64,000 nucleotides of DNA, from assembly GCA_009776955.1 (NCBI GenBank), contig WRMW01000002.1, forward strand, positions 187,154 to 251,153, in the 5' to 3' direction. Under the pieces are notes generated by a model. That model was not told the DNA's origin and searched no databases. It saw nothing but the letters and a program-made list of their open reading frames with translations. Of this stretch, positions 17,203 to 26,760 are shown piece by piece. Both the position numbers and the translations under genes were made by a program. Source of the stretch: Clostridiales bacterium. Its GTDB lineage: Bacteria; Bacillota; Clostridia; Peptostreptococcales; Anaerovoracaceae. How positions within the stretch are numbered: position 1 is the first letter of the stretch; the number at the start of each line of letters is the position of its first letter.

Positions 17203-18150
17203 GTGAGTATGCTGCACTTGGTGAAAAGCGGAGCGTTCAAGGGGCTGCGGACTGCCGGCATGTTGTTGCGGATTGTGGTGCCGGTCTACATAATCGTCGT
17301 TTTGGTGGGGTATACCGGCGCATATCTGTGGCTTGCAGGCGCAGTGGAGCCGGCGATGCGTATCTTTGCGTTGCCGGGCGAAGCGGTGGTACCCCTTATC
17401 ACAGGCGTCTTTTCCGATGAATACGGGGTCGTGGCAGCTATGGGCGCATTTTCGTTCAGCCATGTGCATATAACAATTATTGCGATGATAAGCCTGTGCT
17501 TTCACAGCATTCCGGTCGAAACGGTAGTCGCGCGAAAAATAGGGCTACCGCCGTGGAGGACTATGCTGTTCCGGTTTGTGCTGGCAGTGGCGACCGGAAT
17601 CCTCGTTGCCCTATTGATGTCGGCTTACTCCAGCGGGGCATCCGCTGCGTTTACGTCTGCGCCTGTTTCGATAGCGGGCGAACTGACCTTGGATTTTGAC
17701 TGGGGCGCAATCCTCCCTGCGATTGGATTCGGGGTGCTGAATATCTGCCTCACAATTCTGCGGATAGTAATACCTATGATGATTGTTATCGAAATCATGA
17801 TCGCCTATAAAATAGTACATATGATCGCTGAAAAGTTGGCGCCGGTCTGCAGGCTTCTCGGGATTGGACAGGACGCGCTGCTCCCCCTTATTATCGGGCT
17901 GCTGCTTGGCGTGACCTATGGTGCGGGTGCCATTATGGAACTCAACCGCTCGCAACCGCTGCCGAAGCGGGACATCACATTGCTTGGCATTTTCCTTTTT
18001 TCGTGCCACGGCATAATCGAAGTCACATATCTTTTTACGGTGGCCGGCGGCAACGCTTTTGTGATAAGCATAGTGCGTTTGGCCATTGCGGTGGGTGTGA
18101 CGGCCGCCGCCGCACGGCTTTTCGCCGCCAAAACCCAAAAACCGGACTAA
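17203..18150 (+). CDS. Nucleoside-recognition (Gate) domain membrane protein
   Basis: Polytopic membrane protein with two gate-like halves (VPLITGVFSDEYGVVAAMG). The call is by family resemblance only. Confidence 0.6.
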   Translation: MSMLHLVKSGAFKGLRTAGMLLRIVVPVYIIVVLVGYTGAYLWLAGAVEPAMRIFALPGEAVVPLITGVFSDEYGVVAAMGAFSFSHVHITIIAMISLCFHSIPVETVVARKIGLPPWRTMLFRFVLAVATGILVALLMSAYSSGASAAFTSAPVSIAGELTLDFDWGAILPAIGFGVLNICLTILRIVIPMMIVIEIMIAYKIVHMIAEKLAPVCRLLGIGQDALLPLIIGLLLGVTYGAGAIMELNRSQPLPKRDITLLGIFLFSCHGIIEVTYLFTVAGGNAFVISIVRLAIAVGVTAAAARLFAAKTQKPD

Positions 18151-18253
18151 AATCAAAGAAACAACCTTTTATTATTCTCAAAATGATGATAGTATATCTG
18201 GGCGTGTGAGTTATGCGCATTTTCAGAGTGCTGTATTTTTAGGAGATGAAAGA

Positions 18254-20194
18254 ATGAAAGGTTATACCAGCGAACAGATCAGGAACGTGATAATGCTCGG
18301 CCACGGCGGTGCGGGCAAGACGACGGTGATTGAGGCTGCTTTGATGCAGACCGGCGCCGTCAGCAGGATGGGCAAGGTGGAGGACGGCAATACCGTGTCC
18401 GACTACGAGAAGATGGAGAAGGAGAAGGGCTACTCGATTCAGACGACCGTTGTGCCTGTGGAGTACGGGAAGACAAAGATAAACTTTCTGGACACACCGG
18501 GCTTCTTTGACTTTGCGGGCGAGGTGAGCAGCGCGATACGTGCGGCAGAAGCGGCAGTGATCGTGGTCGATGCCTCGGGCGGCGTGCAGGTCGGCACCGA
18601 GAAGGCGTGGAATATCTGCAAGAAGAACGGGACGCCCCGAATTTTCCTTATAAACAAGACCGACAAGGAAAACGTGAACGTGGAAGAAGTCATCTCGCAG
18701 CTCAAGGCGAAATTCGGCACCTCAGTGGCGACGCTCGACGACAAGGACGCGCTCAACGAGGCCATCGCCGAAACTGACGAGGAACTTATGGAGAAGTTTT
18801 TCTCGGGCGACGATTTTACGGACGCGGAGTTTGCCCAAGGTTTGTCGAACGGGATATCTTCAGGCGATATCGCCATAGTGCTTCAGGCGAGCGCCATCAA
18901 CCAGGAGGGCATCAAGGAATTCCTGGATGCCATATTGAAGTACGTGCCGGCGCCGACGGCCGTTGCGGCTTTGAAGGCGGAGGATGCCAAGGGCGAGGCT
19001 GCTGAAGTGGAGTGTGACTCTTCGGGGACTGTGGCGGCTCTGGTGTTCAAGACGCTTGAAACGCGCAGCGGCAAGATATCGCTTGTGAAGCTTGTGCGCG
19101 GCAAGGTCGCGAAGGGCGTGGAACTGTTTAATTCCACCGAGGAAAAGCCCGAAAAGATTGGTAACATATCTTATATGCGCGGGCAGAACGTGGAAGAAGC
19201 GGTGGAGATCGTGGCCGGCGACATATTTGCGGCGACGAAGCTGGGAGTCGCGCGCACAGGAGATACCATATGCGACAAGGGCGCTGTGGTGAAGTTCCCG
19301 GCGATAGATTTCCCGAGGCCGTCACTCTTTATGGCTGTCGCCGCCAAGGCGAAGGGCGAGGACGAGAAGGTCGGTACAGGCCTTGGGCGCCTGCGCGAGG
19401 AGGATCCGTCCTTTGTCGTGGAGCGCAACCCCGAAGTAAGCCAGACGCTGCTTGGCGGGCAGGGCGAGATCCAGATAGGCATACTTACAGCCAAGCTGAA
19501 AGACCGCTTTGGCGTGGATGTGGAACTTATAGACCCCAAGGTTCCGTACCGCGAAACCATCAAAGGCTCGGCAGACGTGCAAGGCAAGCACAAGAAGCAG
19601 AGCGGCGGTGCAGGCCAGTATGGCGATGTGCATATAAAGTTCGCCCCGTCGCCGGAAGAGTTTGAGTTTGGCGAGGAGCTGTTCGGCGGTTCGGTGCCCA
19701 AGCAGTATGTGCCGGCGGTCGAGAAAGGGCTGCGCGAGAGCATGCAGAAGGGTCCGCTGTCCGGCTCAAGGGTCGTCAATATCAAGGCCACTCTCTATGA
19801 CGGGTCGTATCACGATGTGGACTCAAACGAGATGGCGTTCAAAATCGCCGCGTCACTTGCTTTCAAAAAGGGCATGGAGGAAGCCAATCCCATCCTGCTC
19901 GAACCCATCATGAAGGTGGAGATTACGGTGCCGGACGAGTACCAAGGCGATGTTATGGGCGACATGAGCAAAAGGCGCGGCCGTATACTCGGCTCGGAGC
20001 CGCAGGGCGGCGGCGTGACGAAGCTTATCGCCGAGGCGCCGCAGGCCGAGATGTTCAAGTACGCCATAAATCTTCGTTCTATGTCGCAGGCGCGCGGAAG
20101 CTTCACGATGGATTTTGAGCGTTACGACGAGGTGCCGGCGACCATCTCGCAAAAGGTGAAGGACGACTACAGGGCGTCGCAGGATAAGGAATAG
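18254..20194 (+). CDS. Elongation factor G paralog (EF-G2-like translational GTPase)
   Basis: G1 is GHGGAGKTT (non-canonical compared with AHIDAGKTT), G3 is DTPGFFDF, G4 is NKTD. EF-G domains III-V are recognisable. RBS AGGAGA precedes ATG 18254. Confidence 0.85.
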   Translation: MKGYTSEQIRNVIMLGHGGAGKTTVIEAALMQTGAVSRMGKVEDGNTVSDYEKMEKEKGYSIQTTVVPVEYGKTKINFLDTPGFFDFAGEVSSAIRAAEAAVIVVDASGGVQVGTEKAWNICKKNGTPRIFLINKTDKENVNVEEVISQLKAKFGTSVATLDDKDALNEAIAETDEELMEKFFSGDDFTDAEFAQGLSNGISSGDIAIVLQASAINQEGIKEFLDAILKYVPAPTAVAALKAEDAKGEAAEVECDSSGTVAALVFKTLETRSGKISLVKLVRGKVAKGVELFNSTEEKPEKIGNISYMRGQNVEEAVEIVAGDIFAATKLGVARTGDTICDKGAVVKFPAIDFPRPSLFMAVAAKAKGEDEKVGTGLGRLREEDPSFVVERNPEVSQTLLGGQGEIQIGILTAKLKDRFGVDVELIDPKVPYRETIKGSADVQGKHKKQSGGAGQYGDVHIKFAPSPEEFEFGEELFGGSVPKQYVPAVEKGLRESMQKGPLSGSRVVNIKATLYDGSYHDVDSNEMAFKIAASLAFKKGMEEANPILLEPIMKVEITVPDEYQGDVMGDMSKRRGRILGSEPQGGGVTKLIAEAPQAEMFKYAINLRSMSQARGSFTMDFERYDEVPATISQKVKDDYRASQDKE

Positions 20195-20195
20195 C

Positions 20196-21605
20196 CTAGA
20201 CTTGCAATAAGGCGATGGCTTCCTGAATATTCGAGACCCCGGTAAGGCGCAGGCCTGCCGGGGTTTTTAGTTTTTCGATGTTTTTTGCGGGCAATATAAA
20301 ACGGTTGAAGCCGAGGGCGGCGGCCTCTGACACCATCTTGTCCGCACCCCGAACCGAGCGTATCTCGCCTGCGAGCCCTACCTCGCCTACGGCGACGACG
20401 CCTGCGGGCACTATGACGCCTTTGGCGGACGACCAGATGGCGAGCGCCGCCGCCAAATCCGCCGACGTGCCTTCGGGCTTTAGGCCGCCCACGACGTTGA
20501 GATATACGTCCGCGGACGAGAGATCCAAGCGGGCTTTCTTCTCCAGCACGGCGAGTATCATGCTGAGGCGAGCGGCTTCCACGCCGATGGACGAGCGCCT
20601 TGGGAAGCCTGTGCCTGCGCTGGCGGTAAGCGCCTGTATCTCCATAAGCAGCGGGCGCGTGCCTTCATAGACGGCGGTGGCTATGGTGCCCTCGGTCTTG
20701 CCGAGTGGGCCGTCGAGCAAAGAGCCTGAGAGATCCGCTATCTCCACAAGCCCCTCCTCGCGCATATCAAAGGCGCCCACTTCGCTCGTTGTGCCGAAGC
20801 GGTTCTTGCTTGCCGTAAGCAGGCGAAAGCCTTGGCTGCGTTCACCAGAAAAGGCGAGCACGCAGTCTACAAGATGCTCGATGACCTTGGGGCCGGCAAG
20901 CTCGCCTGCCTTGGTGACGTGCGCCACTATAAAGACAGGGATATTCCTGTTCTTGCCTATTCGCATAAGGACGTCCGTGCAGGTGCGAATCTGCGAAACG
21001 CCGCCTGCCGCGCCTGTTATGTCATCTGCGTACATGGTCTGTATCGAGTCTATTATAAGGAAGGAGGGCGACGTGTCCGTCACCGCATCCGCCACTGCGT
21101 CTATATTTGTCTCCGCCATGACCATAAGCGACGGCGGGATGGATTCGTCTGCGATACGGTCGGCGCGCATACGTATCTGTTCGGCGCTTTCCTCGCCGGA
21201 GACGTATAGCGCCACCATGCCTTGGCGGGCTATCTGTATGGCCGTCTGGAGTATAAGGGTGGACTTGCCGATGCCAGGCTCGCCTGCGATAAGCGTAAGC
21301 GTGCCCTTGGTAAGCCCGCCGCCGAGGACGCGGTTGAGCTCGCCGATCCCTGTGTCGATGCGGTCGGCTGTGCCTGAGGTGACCGAACCGAGGGGGGCGG
21401 GCTTCGCTGCGCCGCCGGAAGGCATATGCCCCGTTCCTGCAGGCATCCCTCTTTGCCCCCTCTGCCCTCCTGTCGAGGCGGAGACAGGCCTTATGCGTTC
21501 CTCCGCAAAGGCGTTCCACGCCCCGCATGGGCATTGCCCCATCCATTTGGGGCTTTCAAACCCGCATTCCGAACATATGAAAACGCTTTCAGCCTTCTTC
21601 GCCAT
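20196..21605 (-). CDS. radA: DNA repair protein RadA/Sms
   Basis: Zn-finger CSECGFESPKWMGQCPCG, Walker A GEPGIGKST, KNRFG motif and a Lon-like C-domain. The track ORF (to 21821) was trimmed to the MAKKAESVF start at 21605. Confidence 0.93.
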   Translation of the reverse strand: MAKKAESVFICSECGFESPKWMGQCPCGAWNAFAEERIRPVSASTGGQRGQRGMPAGTGHMPSGGAAKPAPLGSVTSGTADRIDTGIGELNRVLGGGLTKGTLTLIAGEPGIGKSTLILQTAIQIARQGMVALYVSGEESAEQIRMRADRIADESIPPSLMVMAETNIDAVADAVTDTSPSFLIIDSIQTMYADDITGAAGGVSQIRTCTDVLMRIGKNRNIPVFIVAHVTKAGELAGPKVIEHLVDCVLAFSGERSQGFRLLTASKNRFGTTSEVGAFDMREEGLVEIADLSGSLLDGPLGKTEGTIATAVYEGTRPLLMEIQALTASAGTGFPRRSSIGVEAARLSMILAVLEKKARLDLSSADVYLNVVGGLKPEGTSADLAAALAIWSSAKGVIVPAGVVAVGEVGLAGEIRSVRGADKMVSEAAALGFNRFILPAKNIEKLKTPAGLRLTGVSNIQEAIALLQV

Positions 21606-21609
21606 GCAA

Positions 21610-23193
21610 TCACTTCCCATCGCCTTCGTATGCGTCCGAGCCGTCCGTGGGTATCTCGAACCAAAAAGTGGAGCCTCGGCGGACGGCCGATTCCACTCCG
21701 AATTTCGCGCCGTGCAGGACGAGTATCTCCTTGACGATGGAGAGCCCGAGGCCTGTGCTGTCTGAGCGTGAGTGGTGCGCGCTTGTCTGGTAGTATCTGT
21801 CCCATACGCGTTTGAGGTCACGTTTGTGTATGCCTATGCCGTGGTCTGTCACCTCAACGTGTACATATTCGTTTCTTTCAAACATGCTGATTTTGACAGT
21901 CTTGTCCTTGCCGCCGTATTTCAGGGCGTTTGAGATAAGGTTGTCGAGGACTTGCTTTATGCGGGCCTCGTCAGCGCGTACGACGCCTTCGCCGCTATAT
22001 GTGAATGTAAGGGTGTAGCCGTCATGCTCAATATAGGCCTGGTATGCGCCTGTGGTAGCCTGGATAAGCTCCTTGAGCGAGAACGCGGTGCGGTTGAGCG
22101 GCAGTTCGCCGGTCTGGAGCTTCGATATGTCGAGGAACTCGGCGATCATGGCACTGAGACGGTCGGCTTCCTCAAGTATGACTTGCAGATGCTCGGCACG
22201 TTTTTCGGGATCGTCGCCGGAAAGGTCTCCTATCATTTCCGCATAGGAGCGTATCATCGTAAGGGGGGTTCTCAGGTCGTGGCTCACGTTTGCGATGATA
22301 TCCCGTTGCATATTCCGCGTCTCCGCAAGCTCGCTCGCCGCTATTGAGAGCGTGTCCGACAATCGCATGATTTCAGAATAGTGCGAGACGGGGAAGTCGA
22401 TGTCGTAATTGCCGGCGGCAAGGTCTTCCGCGCGCCCCGCGATTTCAGTGAGAGGTTTTGTGATCATTCGCGACAGATAGAATCCGAGCGCTATGGATAG
22501 CAACACCGCGATGATCGTGACATAACCAAGCTGGTCGGTGAGTATCTGTGATGTCGATTCCTGCGGGTAGAGCGGCGAGAACATATAGAGTATAAGACGC
22601 CCTCCATCATAAGGCATATAGTCCGGTGACTCAAGAAATACTGCGTACTCAAGGGTTTTTCTGTTGGTGTCTGGTTCCACCGTCTGCTTGATGATGCTGT
22701 TTGTCCCGCTCTCGATAAGCTGGTCTTTCAGGTTGTCGAGAGCAGCACGGTATACGGTCGGGTAAAAGGTTCCAGGCCTATGGGCAGGTATCTCCTCTAT
22801 TATGTTCCCGTCGGCGTCCGTGACGGTGGTTGTGACCTCGAAATTGACAAACGGTATGACCAAGGGCACCCCGCCCTCCTGCTCCACTTGTATGAAGATG
22901 CCGCTCTCCCTGTAGATTGAAGTTATATAGGAGCGTATGCTTGAAAGCGATTCCTCCCTTTGGAACATGCTTTCTATCTCCGCCACTATTTGTTGGGTCT
23001 CGCGTGCCTTCATGTTTTCATAGTAGTAATTGAAGAATACGACCTGAAGTATCCAGAGTATAATCACCAGAATGACGGCGAACAAGCCGAAGTATCCCCA
23101 AAGCCGTATCTTGAGGCTTCCCGGGTCCACGGCGCTGAGCAATGTGCCCAGCAACCTTCCAAAAACGCTTTGCTTACTGTCCTCAGGCTTCAA
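21610..23193 (-). CDS. Sensor histidine kinase (2 TM, extracytoplasmic domain, HAMP, HisKA, HATPase_c)
   Basis: H-box SHDLRTPLT, N-box NALKYG, G-boxes DHGIGI and GLGLSI. Confidence 0.88.
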   Translation of the reverse strand: MKPEDSKQSVFGRLLGTLLSAVDPGSLKIRLWGYFGLFAVILVIILWILQVVFFNYYYENMKARETQQIVAEIESMFQREESLSSIRSYITSIYRESGIFIQVEQEGGVPLVIPFVNFEVTTTVTDADGNIIEEIPAHRPGTFYPTVYRAALDNLKDQLIESGTNSIIKQTVEPDTNRKTLEYAVFLESPDYMPYDGGRLILYMFSPLYPQESTSQILTDQLGYVTIIAVLLSIALGFYLSRMITKPLTEIAGRAEDLAAGNYDIDFPVSHYSEIMRLSDTLSIAASELAETRNMQRDIIANVSHDLRTPLTMIRSYAEMIGDLSGDDPEKRAEHLQVILEEADRLSAMIAEFLDISKLQTGELPLNRTAFSLKELIQATTGAYQAYIEHDGYTLTFTYSGEGVVRADEARIKQVLDNLISNALKYGGKDKTVKISMFERNEYVHVEVTDHGIGIHKRDLKRVWDRYYQTSAHHSRSDSTGLGLSIVKEILVLHGAKFGVESAVRRGSTFWFEIPTDGSDAYEGDGK

Positions 23194-23848
23194 ACTTGTA
23201 TCCCACGCCTCTTAGGGTGATAATCTTGTCCCTATGCGCCCTGAGGTTGTTTCTGAGATTCTTGATATGCGTGTCGATGGTGCGCACGTCACCGAAATCG
23301 TATCCCCATATATCCGACAGCAGCACCTCGCGTGACAGGGCTATGTTTTTGTTCTGCACCAAGTACACGAGCAAGTCGTACTCTTTGGGTGTAAGGGCTA
23401 TTTTTTCACCGTCTATCGTCACTTCGCGGGCAAGGATATCGATAACGAGCCCGTCAAAAACAAGCCTGTCCTCTGTGTTTTCCTGAGGCGACGTACGGGA
23501 CACGACGACAGCGATGCGCGCCATCAGCTCCTTTGGGGAAAAGGGCTTTATCATATAGTCGTCGACGCCTACTTCGAAGGCAAAGAGCTTGTCGTACTCC
23601 TCAGCTCTGGCCGACAGCATGATGACGGGGATGTCCTTGATTTTCTTAATCTCCTTGACGGCAGAAAACCCGTCGAGCTTAGGCATCATCACGTCCATGA
23701 TTATCACGTCGTAATCGTTCTCTTTGCAGAGTTCGACGGCTTCCATGCCGTTTGTCGCCTCGCCTACTTCATAACCGTTCCACTCCGCATATTCCTTTAT
23801 CACCTCGCGGATTTTTTGCTCGTCGTCCACAATTAGCACTCTTGCCAT
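23183..23848 (-). CDS. OmpR-family response regulator
   Basis: Receiver domain (VLIVDDE...MDVMMPKLDG...KPF) plus a winged-helix C-domain (LTPKEYDLL...RGVGYKF). The downstream kinase gene overlaps its end by 11 nt. Confidence 0.92.
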   Translation of the reverse strand: MARVLIVDDEQKIREVIKEYAEWNGYEVGEATNGMEAVELCKENDYDVIIMDVMMPKLDGFSAVKEIKKIKDIPVIMLSARAEEYDKLFAFEVGVDDYMIKPFSPKELMARIAVVVSRTSPQENTEDRLVFDGLVIDILAREVTIDGEKIALTPKEYDLLVYLVQNKNIALSREVLLSDIWGYDFGDVRTIDTHIKNLRNNLRAHRDKIITLRGVGYKFEA

Positions 23849-23943
23849 AATATGCTCCTCCGTTGATTGCTATAATAATAGCACAAACGGCCATATATAT
23901 GCTACAATATAAGGACTTGCCGTAGCGAGAGAAAGGAGTGCTG

Positions 23944-24426
23944 ATGTTTTCGGTGGGCGAGAATGTCGTATATCCCATGCACGGCGCCGGCATGATTGAA
24001 GCAATCGAGGAGCGCGAAGTGATGGGCGAGAGTTGCGACTACTACGTGCTTTTGATACCGCAAAACGGGATACGCATAATGGTCCCTTGTGATCGTGCGT
24101 CCCAGGTAGGCGTGCGCCAGATAATACCTAAGTCGGATGTGGACGGGGTTCATGACACACTAAGAGGCGAGTCGACCGAGATGGCGAAGATATGGAACAG
24201 GCGATATCGCGACAATCTCGAAAAACTGAAGACAGGCAAGATAATTTATGTCGCGGAGGTGGTGAGAGACCTTATGAGGGTTGACAGCGAAAAACGGCTG
24301 TCGACGGGTGAGCGAAAGATGCTCTCGAACGCGAAACAAATATTGATCAGCGAACTGACGCTTGCATGCGGCAAGGGGGAAGCCGAGCTGATTGCACAGA
24401 TAGAAAAGGCGGTGATGGCTTACTAA
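23944..24426 (+). CDS. carD: CarD/CdnL-family RNA-polymerase-binding transcription regulator
   Basis: FSVGENVVYPMHGAGMIEAIEE matches the CarD_CdnL_TRCF N-domain. RBS AAAGGAG precedes ATG 23944. Confidence 0.88.
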   Translation: MFSVGENVVYPMHGAGMIEAIEEREVMGESCDYYVLLIPQNGIRIMVPCDRASQVGVRQIIPKSDVDGVHDTLRGESTEMAKIWNRRYRDNLEKLKTGKIIYVAEVVRDLMRVDSEKRLSTGERKMLSNAKQILISELTLACGKGEAELIAQIEKAVMAY

Positions 24427-24427
24427 A

Positions 24428-25567
24428 ATGTTCAAAAATTTAATAAGGGGTGGCGTCACCGGTATTGGGTTCTTGTTGGGCGTAGGCGTTTTTCAGCTTT
24501 TGAGGTATGTCTCAGAGAACGGATCAATAGATTTCCTTGGAGGTTTTTCCGGCACCACACTTGCGGTCATTACGATCGCGAGCGGCGTCGTTTTCGCACT
24601 ACTACTATTTTTATTATTTCCCGTCTTCGTCAAACAGAGCGCAAAGACGGCAAGCCGTCTCGACAAAGAGATACTCAATCTCTCTACGACTGAGCTTCTG
24701 ACGAGTGTCGCCGGTCTCATCATCGGACTTGTGATAGCTTATCTCGTTGCCAGCCCGATCGTGAACATTATCAATATTCGCAATACCTCGATGGCAGTGG
24801 TGGTCACAGTCGTCGTGTACTTGGTTTTTGTCTGGCTGGGCGTGGTGATAGGCAGGCGCAAGGGCAAGGACATCATAGCGGTTTTTGTCCGTATGCGGGA
24901 CGATGCAGTCATGGGTCGCACGGCACCGCAATCGAGAGCATCATCCTCAAAAAGCGGCATGGCTTCGCCCAAGGTGCTTGACACGAGCGTCATCATCGAT
25001 GGCCGCATCGCCGACATATTGACGACGGATTTTGTGGAAGGCCGAATAATAATACCTGACTTCGTCTTGGTGGAGCTGCGGCATATCGCGGACAGTAGCG
25101 ACGATCTGAAACGTGTGCGAGGGCGGCGCGGGCTTGACGTGCTAGGCCGTATGCAGAGCGACTTCGGCATCGAAATCTACCAGACCGCAGGCGACAAGTC
25201 GCTGAGCGAAGCGGCCGAAGTGGACATGAAACTGCTGAAGCTCGCAAAGAGCCTCAAGGGCAAGGTGGTCACGAACGACTTCAACCTAAACAAAGTCGCG
25301 CAGATACAGGGGGTGGGCGTGCTCAATATAAACGAGCTTGCGAACAACCTCAAGCCTGTAGTGCTGCCGGGCGAGGAGCTGAAGCTTTATCTCGTCAAAG
25401 AGGGCAAGGAGCAGGGGCAGGCGGTCGCATACCTCGATGACGGGACCATGATAGTGGTCGAGGACGGACGGGGGAAAATAGGCAACACGGTGGACGTGGC
25501 GGTCACGAGCGTGCTTCAGACGGCTGCCGGACGCATGATCTTTGGGCGGCTCAAGCAGAATGCGTAA
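24428..25567 (+). CDS. yacL: PIN/TRAM-domain membrane protein (YacL-like)
   Basis: N-terminal TM segments, a PIN domain (VLDTSVIIDGRI) and a C-terminal TRAM-like domain. Conserved position upstream of ispD/ispF, as in B. subtilis. Confidence 0.85.
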   Translation: MFKNLIRGGVTGIGFLLGVGVFQLLRYVSENGSIDFLGGFSGTTLAVITIASGVVFALLLFLLFPVFVKQSAKTASRLDKEILNLSTTELLTSVAGLIIGLVIAYLVASPIVNIINIRNTSMAVVVTVVVYLVFVWLGVVIGRRKGKDIIAVFVRMRDDAVMGRTAPQSRASSSKSGMASPKVLDTSVIIDGRIADILTTDFVEGRIIIPDFVLVELRHIADSSDDLKRVRGRRGLDVLGRMQSDFGIEIYQTAGDKSLSEAAEVDMKLLKLAKSLKGKVVTNDFNLNKVAQIQGVGVLNINELANNLKPVVLPGEELKLYLVKEGKEQGQAVAYLDDGTMIVVEDGRGKIGNTVDVAVTSVLQTAAGRMIFGRLKQNA

Positions 25568-25569
25568 CG

Positions 25570-26760
25570 ATGTATAAGGGCAGGCATGTAACCATAATAA
25601 TCGCCGCGGGCGGTATGGGGACGCGGTTTGGGTCGGAGAGGCCAAAGCAGTTTTTGCGCGTAGGGGGCGTAAGCATGATTTCGGCGGCCGCGGAGCCTTT
25701 TTTGTCGTGCGGCTATGCGGACGAGATAGTCTTTGTGGTGCCGGAGGGGGAGGAGGCGCAGACGCAGGAGATGATAGGGCGCGAGCTAGGGAATGGGTTT
25801 CGGGTGAGCGTCGTATGCGGCGGCGGGGACAGGGCGGCATCCGTGCGTGCGGGGCTGAATGCGATTGCGGCGGGCGACGAGGAGAGCAGCGACGAGGACG
25901 GGCTTGTGCTGATACACGATGCGGCACGTCCGTTCGTAAGCATCGAGGTGATAGAACGCGTGCTTGAGGCGGCATATGGACATGGGGCGGCGGTGCCGGT
26001 GATGCCGGTCAAGGAAACGGTATACGTATGCGGCGATGGCGGGTTCGCTGAGGAATGCCCAAGCCGCGAACGCCTTAAGGCTGCACAGACGCCGCAGGGC
26101 TTTGGCTATAAAGCGATTCGGGAAGCCCACGCATATGCGCTTGCGGAAGGGCTTGCAGTCACGGATGATGGAGCGCCTGTGCTTGCGATGGGTCGTCGCG
26201 TCGCCCTGGTGGAAGGAGAGCCGGAGAACAAGAAAATCACCACGCAGGACGATATGGCTTTGCGTGTGGGCATCGGCTTTGACGCACACCGTTTCTGCGA
26301 GGGGCGGCCGCTTATGCTCGGCGGGATCGAGATAGACTTTGAAAAGGGGCTTGACGGACATTCGGACGCCGATGTGCTTACGCACGCCCTTATGGACGCC
26401 ATTCTCGGCGCTATGCACGAGGGCGACATAGGGGGGATGTTCCCCGACACGGACCCTGCGTATAAAGGGGCGTCGAGCGTGGCGCTGCTCGGCGAAGTGG
26501 CTTCGCTGATGAACAGGCGCGGCTACAGGCTTGTGAACGCAGACCTTGTACTTGTGGCGGAGAGGCCACGGATGACGCCATATAAGGCATCTATCGAACA
26601 TATGTTCGCAAAAATATTGAACGCCGACCACGAAAGCATATCGCTGAAAGCTACGACGACCGAGAGGCTAGGGTTTACGGGGCGTGAAGAAGGGATCGCT
26701 GCAGAGGCGGTCGTATTGCTTGAATCAAAAGAGAAAGCGGAGGGCAAACAAGGAAAATGA
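25570..26760 (+). CDS. ispDF: Bifunctional IspD/IspF: 2-C-methyl-D-erythritol 4-phosphate cytidylyltransferase and 2-C-methyl-D-erythritol 2,4-cyclodiphosphate synthase
   Basis: The IspD N-terminus is IIIAAGGMGTRFG. The IspF half is GIGFDAHRF...GHSDADVLTHALMDA. Confidence 0.92.
   Translation: MYKGRHVTIIIAAGGMGTRFGSERPKQFLRVGGVSMISAAAEPFLSCGYADEIVFVVPEGEEAQTQEMIGRELGNGFRVSVVCGGGDRAASVRAGLNAIAAGDEESSDEDGLVLIHDAARPFVSIEVIERVLEAAYGHGAAVPVMPVKETVYVCGDGGFAEECPSRERLKAAQTPQGFGYKAIREAHAYALAEGLAVTDDGAPVLAMGRRVALVEGEPENKKITTQDDMALRVGIGFDAHRFCEGRPLMLGGIEIDFEKGLDGHSDADVLTHALMDAILGAMHEGDIGGMFPDTDPAYKGASSVALLGEVASLMNRRGYRLVNADLVLVAERPRMTPYKASIEHMFAKILNADHESISLKATTTERLGFTGREEGIAAEAVVLLESKEKAEGKQGK

Noticed and set aside
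21606-21821. 72-codon N-terminal extension of radA in the ORF track. Similar extensions occur at 55999-56085 (hydantoinase), 39918-40016 (S2P), 48396-48479 (clpB), 10019-10081 (modA), 3080-3130 (murD), 18206-18253 (EF-G paralog) and 29037-29078 (M23).
   Set aside because: The extensions overlap upstream genes or lack homology. Internal ATG codons preceded by GGAGG-type RBSs coincide with the canonical N-termini of the respective families.
23860-23885. Small palindrome TGCTAT-aata-ATAGCA in the response regulator / carD divergent region, considered as a possible operator.
   Set aside because: It has only 6-bp arms and sits in AT-rich promoter DNA. OmpR-type regulators usually bind direct repeats, so the support is insufficient.
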